Shown piece by piece: positions 26,265 to 36,252 of a stretch of 36,295 bases of DNA. The notes under the pieces are model-generated. The model ran no database searches. It was not told the DNA's origin and saw only the letters and a list, made by a program, of their open reading frames with translations. A program made the position numbers and the translations under genes. The DNA comes from Patescibacteria group bacterium (lineage in GTDB: Bacteria; Patescibacteriota; Minisyncoccia; UBA6257; Colwellbacteraceae): the NCBI GenBank assembly GCA_018826645.1, contig JAHJZF010000050.1:1-36295 (forward strand), read 5' to 3'. The first letter of the stretch is position 1, and every line of letters starts with the position of its first letter.

Positions 26265-26786
26265 TTTTTTCTTTCACTTCTTGAGGTCTTCGAGGTATTA
26301 ATCGTTGCCCTTGTATCTATATACCTAGTCTATACTTTTATTGCTCAGCCTTTTCGGGTTGAAGGATCGAGCATGGAGCCAAATTTTTCAGGAGGAGATT
26401 ATCTTGTAGTTGACGAGATTAGTTATAGATTTAGAAATCCAGCTAGAGGAGAGGTAATTGTTTTGCATAATCCCGCCAAGAACACAGAATTTTTCATTAA
26501 GAGAATCGTTGGTTTGCCGGGTGAGGAGCTGATTATAAGGAATGGAGAAGTCTCTATAGACGGAAAACTTTTAAAGGAAGATTATTTGCCCCCTGATATT
26601 GGATTAAAGGGAGACTACTATTTTACTCTCGATGAAGGTGAATATTTTGTTATGGGCGACAATCGTTTGCAAAGTTTTGATTCTAGGAGTTGGGGTCCGC
26701 TAGGCAGAGGTGATATAGTGGGTACCGTACGAGTAAGGTTCTGGCCACTAGGGGGGCTTGAAACATATAGCCTTAAAACTAGTTAG
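26256..26786 (+). CDS. lepB: Signal peptidase I
   Basis: GSSMEP, FIKRIVGLPG, MGDNR..S.DSR; start placed at ATG 26256. Confidence 0.95.
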   Translation: MKQFFLSLLEVFEVLIVALVSIYLVYTFIAQPFRVEGSSMEPNFSGGDYLVVDEISYRFRNPARGEVIVLHNPAKNTEFFIKRIVGLPGEELIIRNGEVSIDGKLLKEDYLPPDIGLKGDYYFTLDEGEYFVMGDNRLQSFDSRSWGPLGRGDIVGTVRVRFWPLGGLETYSLKTS

Positions 26787-26787
26787 T

Positions 26788-28113
26788 ATGCCTTCAAATA
26801 AAATAAATAAGAAAAAAATAAAGAAATCTGGCCCTAAGGGAAAACAGATTTTATCACCCAAGGGTATGCACGATGTTTTACCCGAGGAAGCACAGGCGCG
26901 GGATAAGCTATATAAGGTGGCAAAAGACGTACTGGAATTTTATGGATTCGGCAAAATAGAGACTCCAATTGTTGAGAATGCAGAGCTTTTTTCAAGAACA
27001 GTAGGAGAAAGTACAGATATTGTGGAGAAAGAGATGTATGCAGTGCGTAGTAGGGGAAAAGAGCACCTTGTGATGCGCCCAGAGATGACTGCTTCGGTGG
27101 TTAGGAGCTATCTTGAACACGGGCTTCATCGTTTACCTCAACCACAGTTCCTATATTATATTGGACCCGCTTTTAGACACGAGAATCCTCAGGCTGGACG
27201 ATATCGTCAATTTTGGCAAATAGGAGCCGAAGTCCTTGGTGGCGAGAGCGATCCTATTTATGACGCTCAAATAATAATAGCTTTTTCAAGGTTACTCGGA
27301 GAGCTTAAACTTAAAAATTTAATAGTCGGTATTAACAGTATCGGGGGTACGGCGGATAGACAGAATTATAAGAAGAAGCTTTTGGAACATTACAGACTTC
27401 ACAATAAAGAGATTTGTAAGGATTGTATGCGAAGAATGAAAACTAACCCACTTCGCCTTTTAGATTGTAAAAGCAGGAGCTGTCAAAATATTATAGATGA
27501 AGCGCCTAGCGTTTTGGACCATCTCTCAAGTCCGTCTAAGGCTCATTTTAAGAGCGTCTTAGAATTTCTTGATGAGGCGGGTATTCCGTATGTTTTAAAG
27601 CCAAGGCTTGTTCGGGGGTTGGACTATTATAATAAGACAGTCTTTGAAATATTTACTGAAGATGACGAGAAGGGAGAGCTATCGTTGGTGGGTGGTGGCA
27701 GATATGATTATTTAGCAGAAATCTTAGGTAGGCGTTCTGTGGCCGGTGTGGGTGCAGCGATGGGCGTAGAGAGAGTCTTGGAAGCGGCGAAAGAGCGTGA
27801 CCCATCTTTTGGCACACCGCGCTCCAAAAAACGTGTTTATTTGATTCATATTGGAGATTTGGCTAAACGAAAGAGCATATCTTTGTTGGAAGAGTTTAGG
27901 GAAGCCCATCTTCCTATTATTGGTAATCTTGGGAAGACGTCTCTTTCTAATCAACTTGAGGCAGCTGACAAAGCTGGTGCTACCCTGGCTTTGATATTGG
28001 GACAGAAAGAGGTTTTTGAGGAGGATATTATCATTCGCGATATGAAGACTGGGGCGCAAGAGACTATCCCTCTAAAGAAGGCGGTTAAAGAAATCAAAAA
28101 GAGGCTTAAATAA
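26788..28113 (+). CDS. hisS: Histidine--tRNA ligase
   Basis: PKGMHD, RPEMT, FRHENPQAGRYRQF, LVRGLDYY, GGGRYD. Confidence 0.97.
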   Translation: MPSNKINKKKIKKSGPKGKQILSPKGMHDVLPEEAQARDKLYKVAKDVLEFYGFGKIETPIVENAELFSRTVGESTDIVEKEMYAVRSRGKEHLVMRPEMTASVVRSYLEHGLHRLPQPQFLYYIGPAFRHENPQAGRYRQFWQIGAEVLGGESDPIYDAQIIIAFSRLLGELKLKNLIVGINSIGGTADRQNYKKKLLEHYRLHNKEICKDCMRRMKTNPLRLLDCKSRSCQNIIDEAPSVLDHLSSPSKAHFKSVLEFLDEAGIPYVLKPRLVRGLDYYNKTVFEIFTEDDEKGELSLVGGGRYDYLAEILGRRSVAGVGAAMGVERVLEAAKERDPSFGTPRSKKRVYLIHIGDLAKRKSISLLEEFREAHLPIIGNLGKTSLSNQLEAADKAGATLALILGQKEVFEEDIIIRDMKTGAQETIPLKKAVKEIKKRLK

Positions 28114-28526
28114 TGGATTGGTTGTTTTGCAAGATAGCTTCTGGAGAAGTGTCGGCGCATATTATATATGAAGACGACAAAACATCGGCCTTTTTAGATA
28201 TTGAGCCTTCGTCATTGGGGCACACGATGGTAGTGCCCAAAGAGCATTATCAAGATTTTATGGATTTACCCGTCGATAATATGGACAATCTATTTGGGTC
28301 GGTTCAAAAAGTGGTGGACATGCTCGGAAAAACCTTTGGAGCAGATCATTTTACAATCGGGGTAAATAGCGGTAAAATCCTCGGACGTCATGTGGATCAT
28401 CTCCACGTGCACGTAATTCCTCGTTTTTCGGACGATGGAGGGGTTTTTCTGCAGGGAGTGGTAAAGAGTCCCCCTAAAGAAAGCTTGGAAGAAATAAAAG
28501 ACAAAATTTTAAAGGCTAATGGCTAA
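28113..28526 (+). CDS. HIT family hydrolase
   Basis: LFCKI, FLDI.P, HLHVHV. Confidence 0.93.
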   Translation: MDWLFCKIASGEVSAHIIYEDDKTSAFLDIEPSSLGHTMVVPKEHYQDFMDLPVDNMDNLFGSVQKVVDMLGKTFGADHFTIGVNSGKILGRHVDHLHVHVIPRFSDDGGVFLQGVVKSPPKESLEEIKDKILKANG

Positions 28527-28743
28527 TATCAATCTAAAAAAGAAAGACGGCGAATCAACAAACTCCTTAGTTTATCGTTTTGGTAAGAAGGTCATGAGGA
28601 GCGGTATATTGAGAGAAGCTAGAAAGAGGAGATTTAATCACCGTCCTGTTAATCGTAACAAAAGGCGCGTTTCGGCGCTTCATAAAGCCGAAAAGAAGAA
28701 AGAGATAGATAAGGCAAGGAGAATGGGGACATTTAAATTTTAA
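28519..28743 (+). CDS. rpsU: 30S ribosomal protein S21
   Basis: GES...L..RF.KKV..SGIL.E.RKR; precedes yqeY. Confidence 0.85.
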   Translation: MANINLKKKDGESTNSLVYRFGKKVMRSGILREARKRRFNHRPVNRNKRRVSALHKAEKKKEIDKARRMGTFKF

Positions 28744-28761
28744 ATTATTTTAATATCATAA

Positions 28762-29259
28762 ATGGCTCTTCTAGAAGATCTTAAGAAAGATTCGGAGAAC
28801 GCCTTAAGGGCGGGCGATTCTTTAAGAACAGAAACTCTACGCATGATTTTGGCGTCAGTTCATAATGAACAGATAGCTAAAGGCAAAGACGAAGAATTTA
28901 AAGAAGAGGAAGTGGTTAATGTGATTCGCAAAGAAGCCAAGAAGAGGCGTGAGGCTGCAGAGATTTATGAGAATGCAGGCAGGGGTGAGTTAGCAGAGAA
29001 AGAGAATAATGAATTAGAAATTATTAAATCCTATCTCCCGCCCGAGATGAATGAAGAAGAAATAGTATTGATAATTAAAGAAGTGGTCGTAAATGGCGAA
29101 ACAAACTTCGGCAAAGTCATGGGCCAGGTAATGAATAAAGTTGCCGGACGAGCTGAACCGGGTAAAGTAAGCGAGTTAGTTAAGGGGGTCTTAGAGGAGG
29201 GTAAGGCTAAAGTCGTCGATGGCGACTCGCCCGACACTTCTGTGTCTAGGGACAACTGA
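28762..29259 (+). CDS. GatB/YqeY domain protein
   Basis: KEAKKRREA...Y..AGR.ELAEKE..EL.II..YLP, GKVMG. Confidence 0.9.
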   Translation: MALLEDLKKDSENALRAGDSLRTETLRMILASVHNEQIAKGKDEEFKEEEVVNVIRKEAKKRREAAEIYENAGRGELAEKENNELEIIKSYLPPEMNEEEIVLIIKEVVVNGETNFGKVMGQVMNKVAGRAEPGKVSELVKGVLEEGKAKVVDGDSPDTSVSRDN

Positions 29260-29675
29260 TGGTCGAGGTCAATCTTGTAAGTTTTGATAAAAGGTTTGAT
29301 GTCTTAGCAGAACCCCTGAGGCAAAAAGCCGAAAGGGTTCTTAGGTTTTTAAAGGAAAAGAACATTGTTTTGGATATATATCTTATTGGCGCCTCTAGAA
29401 TGAGAAAATTGAACCATCAATATAGGGGTAAAGATTCTGTGACAGATGTTTTAGCGGTTGAGCCTCCAAAAGACTTTCCCCAATTGGCAAAGAGAGCCAT
29501 TGGAGAGGTTTATCTAAACCCGCCATGCGTAAGAAAGAAAAATTATGATATCGATTATGCTCTAGTCCATGGCGTTTTGCACCTTATAGGTTTTAGGCAT
29601 GAACGGAAAAGTGATAAGATTGAGATGGAAAAACGAGAAAAAAAGATACTTCAATGGCTCACCAACACATCTTAG
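29259..29675 (+). CDS. ybeY: rRNA maturation RNase YbeY
   Basis: LN..YRGKD..TDVL, HGVLHLIGFRH. Confidence 0.92.
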   Translation: MVEVNLVSFDKRFDVLAEPLRQKAERVLRFLKEKNIVLDIYLIGASRMRKLNHQYRGKDSVTDVLAVEPPKDFPQLAKRAIGEVYLNPPCVRKKNYDIDYALVHGVLHLIGFRHERKSDKIEMEKREKKILQWLTNTS

Positions 29676-30883
29676 GACTTGATATAGGGTCTGACACGGT
29701 CAAGGCCGTTTTAACCGAACCTACCGTAGACGGAAAACTTGCTTTGATAAAAGCTTTTACAAAACCTTCAAGAGGTATAAGGAAGGGTGTGGTTATTGAT
29801 ATGGATGGAGTGGTGAGTGTTATTAATAGTTTATTTGATGAAGTTGCAGAAGTTTCAAAAACGGGTCTTAAAAATATTTTTTTGAGCGTTGGAGGGGCTG
29901 ACGTTATGGTTAGGTCTTCGCGCGGATCATCGGCTGTATCAAGGGCAAACTCTGAGATTCACCAAGATGATATAGACAGGGCTGTCGAGGCATCTGTGGC
30001 AGTTAAGCCTCGTTCAAATCGGTTTAACCTCCACACACTTAATCAGGAATTTATTGTAGATGGAGTGGGAGATATTCAAGATCCTTTGGGAATGGTGGGT
30101 GCGCGTCTCGAGGTTATTAATTTGGTTATAGATGCTTTTGAACCGAGCGTCAGAAATTTACAAAAATGTATCAAGCTTGCAAATGGAGAAGTAAGCGCTC
30201 TCGTTTTTACGCCACTGGCGTCCGCTAAATCTGTCTTAACAGATAAACAAAAAGAATTAGGGGTGGTTTTAATAGACATCGGCGCTGGATCGACCGGAAT
30301 TGCTGTCTATGAAGAAAGTAAACTTTTACACACAAAAGTATTTAAAATGGGTGCTAATAATATTACAAATGATTTGGCACTGGCTCTTCAAGTGCCGGTA
30401 GAGGTAGCTGATAAAATCAAACTTTCTTATGGATATGCAATCGCCAAAGAAGTTCCAAGTAGAGACTATATAGATCTAAAGACGATTAATCCTGAAATTA
30501 ATGGTAAGCCTGCTAAAAAATTTGTGGCAGAGGTGATAGAAGCTCGCCTGTCAGAGATTTGCGAAGTTGTCAACGATGAACTAAAATCTATTGGTAAGGA
30601 TAAAAGTTTGCCGGGAGGGGCTGTTGTGGTAGGTGGAGGGGCCAAGATGCCAGGAATGGCGGATTTGGTTCAGTCTGAGCTTAAGCTTGCCTCACAAATA
30701 GGAGTAGTAAATCCTTCATTGTTTGTTGCAAAAGATTCGTCTACTCGCGAACTTTTGACTTCGCCAGAGCATACTTGTGCTTTGGGCCTACCTCTTTATA
30801 GTGAGCAGGCTAAGATGAGGATTCGTCCAAGCGGTTCAATATCTGGATTCGCCAAGGGTCTCATCGACAAGATAATGCCTTAG
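29654..30883 (+). CDS. ftsA: Cell division protein FtsA
   Basis: GLDIGS, GIRKG.V.D, DP.GM.G.RLE, IDIGAG.T, IEARL.EI. Confidence 0.96.
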   Translation: MAHQHILGLDIGSDTVKAVLTEPTVDGKLALIKAFTKPSRGIRKGVVIDMDGVVSVINSLFDEVAEVSKTGLKNIFLSVGGADVMVRSSRGSSAVSRANSEIHQDDIDRAVEASVAVKPRSNRFNLHTLNQEFIVDGVGDIQDPLGMVGARLEVINLVIDAFEPSVRNLQKCIKLANGEVSALVFTPLASAKSVLTDKQKELGVVLIDIGAGSTGIAVYEESKLLHTKVFKMGANNITNDLALALQVPVEVADKIKLSYGYAIAKEVPSRDYIDLKTINPEINGKPAKKFVAEVIEARLSEICEVVNDELKSIGKDKSLPGGAVVVGGGAKMPGMADLVQSELKLASQIGVVNPSLFVAKDSSTRELLTSPEHTCALGLPLYSEQAKMRIRPSGSISGFAKGLIDKIMP

Positions 30884-30885
30884 AT

Positions 30886-32418
30886 ATGGCTAGACTTAAA
30901 AAAGATAAAATCAAAAAACCTATTAAAAAGACGGCCGTAAAACTGGTTAGTAAAAGGCCGGCCAAAAAGATAGTGCCTAAAAAAGCTATTAAGAAAGAAG
31001 GAGTCGTTAAAAAAAATTTAAAAGTTAAAAAAGTAGCCCCCAAAAAGAAGGCTGAAAAGATTGTGGTTAAGACGAAGAAGAAAGTTGTCCTCAAGAAACC
31101 TATTAAAAAAACAGCCCCTAAGCCAAAAAATAAAATAGAGAAGAGTCCTGTTAAAAAAGCTATAAAACAAAAACCAATAAAGAAAAGTGTTTCGAAAAAG
31201 AAAACATTAGTAGTAAGAAAGACAAAACATTCCAAATATAGACCAATTGTAAAAATTAAAGTGATGGGCATTGGTGGTGGAGGAGGCAATGCCCTCACTC
31301 GCATGAGTAAAGATCCTTTGAGGGGAGTAGAGTTTGTGGCCGTGAACACAGACCTCCAAGATTTAGAATCTTGCGAAGCAAGAAGGAAAATTCATATAGG
31401 CAAAACTATTACTCGTGGAATGGGGGCTGGCATGAATCCTGAATTAGGTCAGCAATCAGCGGAAGAAAGCAGAGAGGAATTAGAAAATGTATTGCAGGGG
31501 ACAGACATGGTTTTTCTAACAGCTGGTCTTGGAGGAGGTACCGGAACGGGGGCGACGCCGGTCATAGCCGATATAGCTAGAGATATGGGCATTCTAACGG
31601 TGGCGGTGGTTACCAAGCCTTTTTCATTTGAAGGCTCTGTTAGGGCTAGGTTAGCTGAGGAGGGGTTGGCTAAATTAAGAAATAGGGTGGATACGCTTCT
31701 CGTAATTCCTAACGATAGAATATTCAATATTATTGATGCCAATACGCCGGTTCTAAAAGCTTTTGATAAAATAGATGAGATTTTAAGAAACTCTGTCAGG
31801 GGGATAGCAGATATGATTACAGCCTCCGGCTTAGTCAATGTAGATTTTGCGGACGTGAATGCTGTGATGAAAGATGCTGGAATAGCTGTGGTAGGTGTGG
31901 GTGTGGCAAAGGGTAAAGATAGGGCCAGCAAGGCGGTTAACGAAGCCGTCAACTCTCCCCTCCTTGATGTATCGATAGATGGCGCTAGGGGAGTGCTTTT
32001 CAGTGTGGCTGGTGGGCGAGACCTTAAAATGTCAGAGATCAATGAAGCGGCTCAGATGATAACGGAGAATATAGATACAGGGGCTAAGATTATATTCGGC
32101 GCCCACTATGATCGTAAATTAAGAAAAGGAGATATGAAGATTATCTTAATTGCTACAGGATTTAATAGCTCTCAACGATTTACTAGAGAGCAAGACAACT
32201 TCAGTCTTTTTAGTTTAGACGACGATGAGGATTCTAGTGTGGAAAATGACGAAGATAAAGAATACGAGAGCCCAGATAAGGTGGAGGGGGGTAGGGAGAA
32301 GATTAAAGATCGTTCAAGAAGTAAAAAAGAAGAGAAAAAAGAGGTTTTAGACGAAGGCAAGAGTGAAGAAGAGATGTGGGAAGTGCCTACATTTTTGAGA
32401 CGACGCAAAAAGCGTTAA
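30886..32418 (+). CDS. ftsZ: Cell division protein FtsZ with Lys-rich N-terminal extension
   Basis: GIGGGGGNA, GGGTGTG, NVDFADV, C-terminal VPTFLRR. Confidence 0.97.
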   Translation: MARLKKDKIKKPIKKTAVKLVSKRPAKKIVPKKAIKKEGVVKKNLKVKKVAPKKKAEKIVVKTKKKVVLKKPIKKTAPKPKNKIEKSPVKKAIKQKPIKKSVSKKKTLVVRKTKHSKYRPIVKIKVMGIGGGGGNALTRMSKDPLRGVEFVAVNTDLQDLESCEARRKIHIGKTITRGMGAGMNPELGQQSAEESREELENVLQGTDMVFLTAGLGGGTGTGATPVIADIARDMGILTVAVVTKPFSFEGSVRARLAEEGLAKLRNRVDTLLVIPNDRIFNIIDANTPVLKAFDKIDEILRNSVRGIADMITASGLVNVDFADVNAVMKDAGIAVVGVGVAKGKDRASKAVNEAVNSPLLDVSIDGARGVLFSVAGGRDLKMSEINEAAQMITENIDTGAKIIFGAHYDRKLRKGDMKIILIATGFNSSQRFTREQDNFSLFSLDDDEDSSVENDEDKEYESPDKVEGGREKIKDRSRSKKEEKKEVLDEGKSEEEMWEVPTFLRRRKKR

Positions 32419-32460
32419 GGATAAAGTTATTCACATTTGGATATTCGGCTTCGATTGGTT

Positions 32461-32494
32461 AGAATTAGCGCACAAGTGAGGCGCTAATTCTTTT
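32461..32494 (+). terminator. Hairpin plus T-tract after ftsZ
   Basis: AGAATTAGCGC / GCGCTAATTCT followed by TTT. Confidence 0.6.
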
Positions 32495-32502
32495 ATAGAT
32501 AT

Positions 32503-35256
32503 ATGAATCAATACAAAAATACAGTACTAGATCTTTTGCCCAGAAGCGGTCAAATCGCTGGTTTTAAACTCGATAGACTTTTCACTAAAGAAGGAGTTCA
32601 TCCATATGATGAAATTGAATGGGAGGAGAGAGATGCTCGTGTCGGGAATTTTGAACAAAAGGGAGTAGAGTTTCCAAGCTCTTGGTCTGACAATGCCGTC
32701 AACATAACCACTGCTAGATATTTTAGAGGCAAGTTAAACGTTCCTGAAAGAGAGAAGAGTTTAAAGCAGATGATTAACCGGGTAGTTAAGACTATCCGAA
32801 GTTGGGGAGATGAATTTGGATACTTTAAAGATTCAGAGCAAGCTCAAATTTTCGAAGACGAGCTCACATACCTTCTTGTTCGTCAGAGAGGTTCTTTTAA
32901 TAGTCCCGTTTGGTTCAATGTTGGCGTTCATGAGAGGCCACAATGTTCTGCTTGCTTTATTCTTTCGGTGGAAGACGATATGAATTCCATTTTAAATTGG
33001 ATAAGCACGGAAGGGATGATTTTTAAGGGCGGTTCGGGCGCAGGCGTTAATCTGTCGCCTCTCCGTTCGAAAGGTGAAGGACTCTCGGGAGGGGGTGAAT
33101 CTTCGGGACCAGTTTCCTTTATGCGTGGTGCCGATTCGGTTGCGGGAATGATAAAGTCAGGAGGAGGAACGCGTAGAGCCGCCAAAATGGTGGTTTTAGA
33201 TATCGACCACCCAGACATTTTAGAGTTTGTGAAGTGTAAGGCAGAAGAGGAGAAAAAGATTCATGCCTTAATTAGGGGAGGATATGATATGGCCAATCTT
33301 AATAATTCGGCTTGGGATTCAATTCAATTCCAAAATGCGAACAACTCTGTTCGTATCACAGATGATTTTATGAAAATGGCGATTAATGGAGGAACTTGGA
33401 ACACTAGAAATAGATTAGATGGAACGGTTGCTGATACTTATGAAGCCAAAGAGCTTCTAAGCGAGATTGCACAGGCTGCGTGGGAGTCGGGAGATCCGGG
33501 CGTACAATTCGACACCACTATTAATACATGGCACACGTGCCCAAATTCAGGTCGGATTAATGCTTCAAATCCATGCGCTGAATATATGCATATAGATGAT
33601 TCGGCCTGCAACCTGGCCTCTATTAATCTTCTTAGATTTTTAAATAAAGATGGTTCTTTTGCTATAGATGAATTTAAACAAGCCGTTCGAGTATTTATTT
33701 TGGCGCAAGAGATGTTAATTGATGGGTCCGGATATCCAACGGAGAAAATAACTAAAAATGCCAGAGACTACAGACAACTTGGTCTAGGGTTTGCCAACTT
33801 GGGGGCGCTTCTAATGGCGAAAGGTTTGCCCTACGATTCTGATGAGGCACGTGTTTGGGCTGGCACCATTACAAGCTTGATGGCGGGTGAGGCCTATCGT
33901 TTTTCTGCAGAGGTTGCAGGAAAGAAGGGCTCTTTTGCCGGATTTGATATTAATAGAGAGCCGATGCTAGGCGTTATTAGCAAGCATCGCGATAAGGCGC
34001 TAGAGATAGACGATACGTTAATGTCGCAAAAAAGACTTATTGAAGAGGCGCGAAAAGTTTGGAACGAAGCCTTAAGTCTTGGTAGAAAATATGGATTTCG
34101 AAATTCGCAGGTTACGGTAATCGCCCCTACTGGCACCATTGCCTTTATGATGGATTGCGATACTACGGGTATAGAGCCAGATTTTTCTTTGGTAAAAATG
34201 AAGCAGTTGGTTGGTGGCGGTTCGATGAAGATTGTGAATCAAGCCATATCGAGAGCGTTGGTTAATCTGAATTACAGAGAAGAAGAAGTGGAGGATATTG
34301 TAAATTGGATTACTGAGCACGGCACGGTTGAAGGAGCTCCTCGTATTAAAGAGGGGCATTTAGCAATCTTTGATACTGCCGTTCAGCCAGAAGAGGGGTC
34401 GCGCTATATTTTATGGCAAGGACACGTAAAGATGGTCGCCGCCGTTCAACCATTCATTTCAGGCGCCATTTCAAAGACTTTTAATATGCCGAACGATGCC
34501 ACTAAAGAAGATATAGAAAAAGCTTATATAATGGCTTGGGAAATGGGCATCAAGGCTTTTGCAGTTTATCGCGATGGCTCAAAGGCATCTCAACCCCTTG
34601 CTACGGGAGCTTCTTCTAAGACAGGAAACGAGGATAAAGAAGATGCTTCACCTTCTGAAAGAACAGCTCCTGCCACTCACATAGGGAACAGAGAAAGATT
34701 ACCAGATACACGTTCTTCAGAGACGCACAGATTTGTTATTGCTGGGCACAAAGGATATTTGACATATAGCCTTTATGAAGATGGTCGATTGGCAGAAATA
34801 TTTATACGAATAGCTAAGCAGGGAAGCACGTTGGCTGGCCTTTTGGATGCTTTCGCCCTTTCTGTTTCTATCGCTCTTCAGCACGGGGTTCCGCTTGGTT
34901 TATTGGCGGAGAAATATGTTCGCACTAGGTTTGAGCCAGCGGGCTATACGGAGAATCCACAGATATTTGTTGCCACCAGTATCGTAGATTATATCTTCCG
35001 ATATCTTGCGTTAAGGTTTTTGCCCGAAGACGATTTGTATTCTTTAGGGCTTATGTCTGTCGATATGGGAGAGGTGATTAGTGATGTCTCAAGAATAAGT
35101 GACGGCGAAAAAAAAGAGGAGATTACTCGCGCCGAACAAAAATCTAATTATGTGGATGCAGGCATTGTTTGTCAGGATTGTGGAGGAATGATGGTTCAAA
35201 GCGGAACTTGTTATACTTGCCTCGATTGTGGAGGAGCATCGGGCGGTTGTTCGTAG
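32503..35256 (+). CDS. nrdJ: Class II (adenosylcobalamin-dependent) ribonucleotide reductase with C-terminal extension and Zn ribbon
   Basis: FNSP.WFN, SACF, SNPCAE, ACNLAS, APTGT, ISKT.N, YRDG, CxxC...CxxC...GCS. Confidence 0.95.
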   Translation: MNQYKNTVLDLLPRSGQIAGFKLDRLFTKEGVHPYDEIEWEERDARVGNFEQKGVEFPSSWSDNAVNITTARYFRGKLNVPEREKSLKQMINRVVKTIRSWGDEFGYFKDSEQAQIFEDELTYLLVRQRGSFNSPVWFNVGVHERPQCSACFILSVEDDMNSILNWISTEGMIFKGGSGAGVNLSPLRSKGEGLSGGGESSGPVSFMRGADSVAGMIKSGGGTRRAAKMVVLDIDHPDILEFVKCKAEEEKKIHALIRGGYDMANLNNSAWDSIQFQNANNSVRITDDFMKMAINGGTWNTRNRLDGTVADTYEAKELLSEIAQAAWESGDPGVQFDTTINTWHTCPNSGRINASNPCAEYMHIDDSACNLASINLLRFLNKDGSFAIDEFKQAVRVFILAQEMLIDGSGYPTEKITKNARDYRQLGLGFANLGALLMAKGLPYDSDEARVWAGTITSLMAGEAYRFSAEVAGKKGSFAGFDINREPMLGVISKHRDKALEIDDTLMSQKRLIEEARKVWNEALSLGRKYGFRNSQVTVIAPTGTIAFMMDCDTTGIEPDFSLVKMKQLVGGGSMKIVNQAISRALVNLNYREEEVEDIVNWITEHGTVEGAPRIKEGHLAIFDTAVQPEEGSRYILWQGHVKMVAAVQPFISGAISKTFNMPNDATKEDIEKAYIMAWEMGIKAFAVYRDGSKASQPLATGASSKTGNEDKEDASPSERTAPATHIGNRERLPDTRSSETHRFVIAGHKGYLTYSLYEDGRLAEIFIRIAKQGSTLAGLLDAFALSVSIALQHGVPLGLLAEKYVRTRFEPAGYTENPQIFVATSIVDYIFRYLALRFLPEDDLYSLGLMSVDMGEVISDVSRISDGEKKEEITRAEQKSNYVDAGIVCQDCGGMMVQSGTCYTCLDCGGASGGCS

Positions 35257-35310
35257 ATTTTCTAAAAGATACAATCTATTTTGGGTAGATTATCGGTTAT
35301 AATATAACTA

Positions 35311-36252
35311 ATGGAACAGGACAAACATGCTCTTTGGTTTGCGGTTTTAGTAATCGTATCTCTCGCGACGTATGGTCTGTATGGTGAAACTAGACGCTCT
35401 TTAAGCGAAACTAACGAAGAACTTCATAGGGCTCAAGAAGAAATTGCACGTATAGTAGGAGAAAGCGAAGAGACCATCTCAACCCAACGCGACCTTATAG
35501 TCCAAAAGGATGAAGAGTTAGAGCAAAGTAAAGAGAGCGAAGAGCTTCTTCAAGAGGCGGTTGCAAGCCTGCAGAACACTTCGAGTAAGACCCAGACGTC
35601 TTTAAACAGCCTCTTAAGTGATTTTGCGCCTGCGGTAGTGAGGCTCGTTTGTCTTAGCGACTCTCTTACTCGTGGACTCCAGCAAGGCTCAGGAGTTCTT
35701 TATAAGGGCACTTCAATGTCTGGCATAGGACCATATTATGTACAGACGAACTTACATGTAATAGAAACAGAAGACGGATCTTCCTCGCAATGCGTTATTG
35801 CCGTCTATCCCGACCCTAATCGATCAGATTTTTATTATATCTATAAAAGCAATGGATATAAGCTCTATAAATCAGGAGTGGACTTGGCTTTTCTAGAGCC
35901 AGAGCTGGTTAGTGGACATTCAAAAGCTGGTACTCTCGGTCAGCTTAGTGATTCGGCCAGAAGTTCTGTCGACACCGCTCTTTGCACTACTGCTGGCATA
36001 GGGGACCACATAACTGTTCTTGGATATCCGGGCATTGGTGGAGACACTTTAACGGTAACGGATGGCATTGTTTCGGGATTTGAATTTCGTGAAGGGGCGA
36101 GATATATCAAAACTTCGGCCAAGATTGACCAGGGCAATTCAGGAGGAATCGCCATCAAAGATTCTGGCTGTTTGGTTGGAATACCAACCTATGTTCAATT
36201 TCAAAACGAGAGTTTAGGTAGAATATTAGATTTGTATCACCTGCTTAACTAG
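35311..36252 (+). CDS. Membrane-anchored trypsin-like (S1C-type) serine protease with coiled coil
   Basis: TNLHV, DLAFL, GYP, GNSGG; TATAAT lies 7 nt before the ATG. Confidence 0.85.
   Translation: MEQDKHALWFAVLVIVSLATYGLYGETRRSLSETNEELHRAQEEIARIVGESEETISTQRDLIVQKDEELEQSKESEELLQEAVASLQNTSSKTQTSLNSLLSDFAPAVVRLVCLSDSLTRGLQQGSGVLYKGTSMSGIGPYYVQTNLHVIETEDGSSSQCVIAVYPDPNRSDFYYIYKSNGYKLYKSGVDLAFLEPELVSGHSKAGTLGQLSDSARSSVDTALCTTAGIGDHITVLGYPGIGGDTLTVTDGIVSGFEFREGARYIKTSAKIDQGNSGGIAIKDSGCLVGIPTYVQFQNESLGRILDLYHLLN

Noticed and set aside
32419..32502. Cobalamin riboswitch before nrdJ
   Set aside because: The 84-nt gap is too short and no B12-box is visible
35269..35284. NrdR-box-like ATACAATCTATTTTG
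   Set aside because: Single, imperfect, and downstream of nrdJ rather than in its promoter
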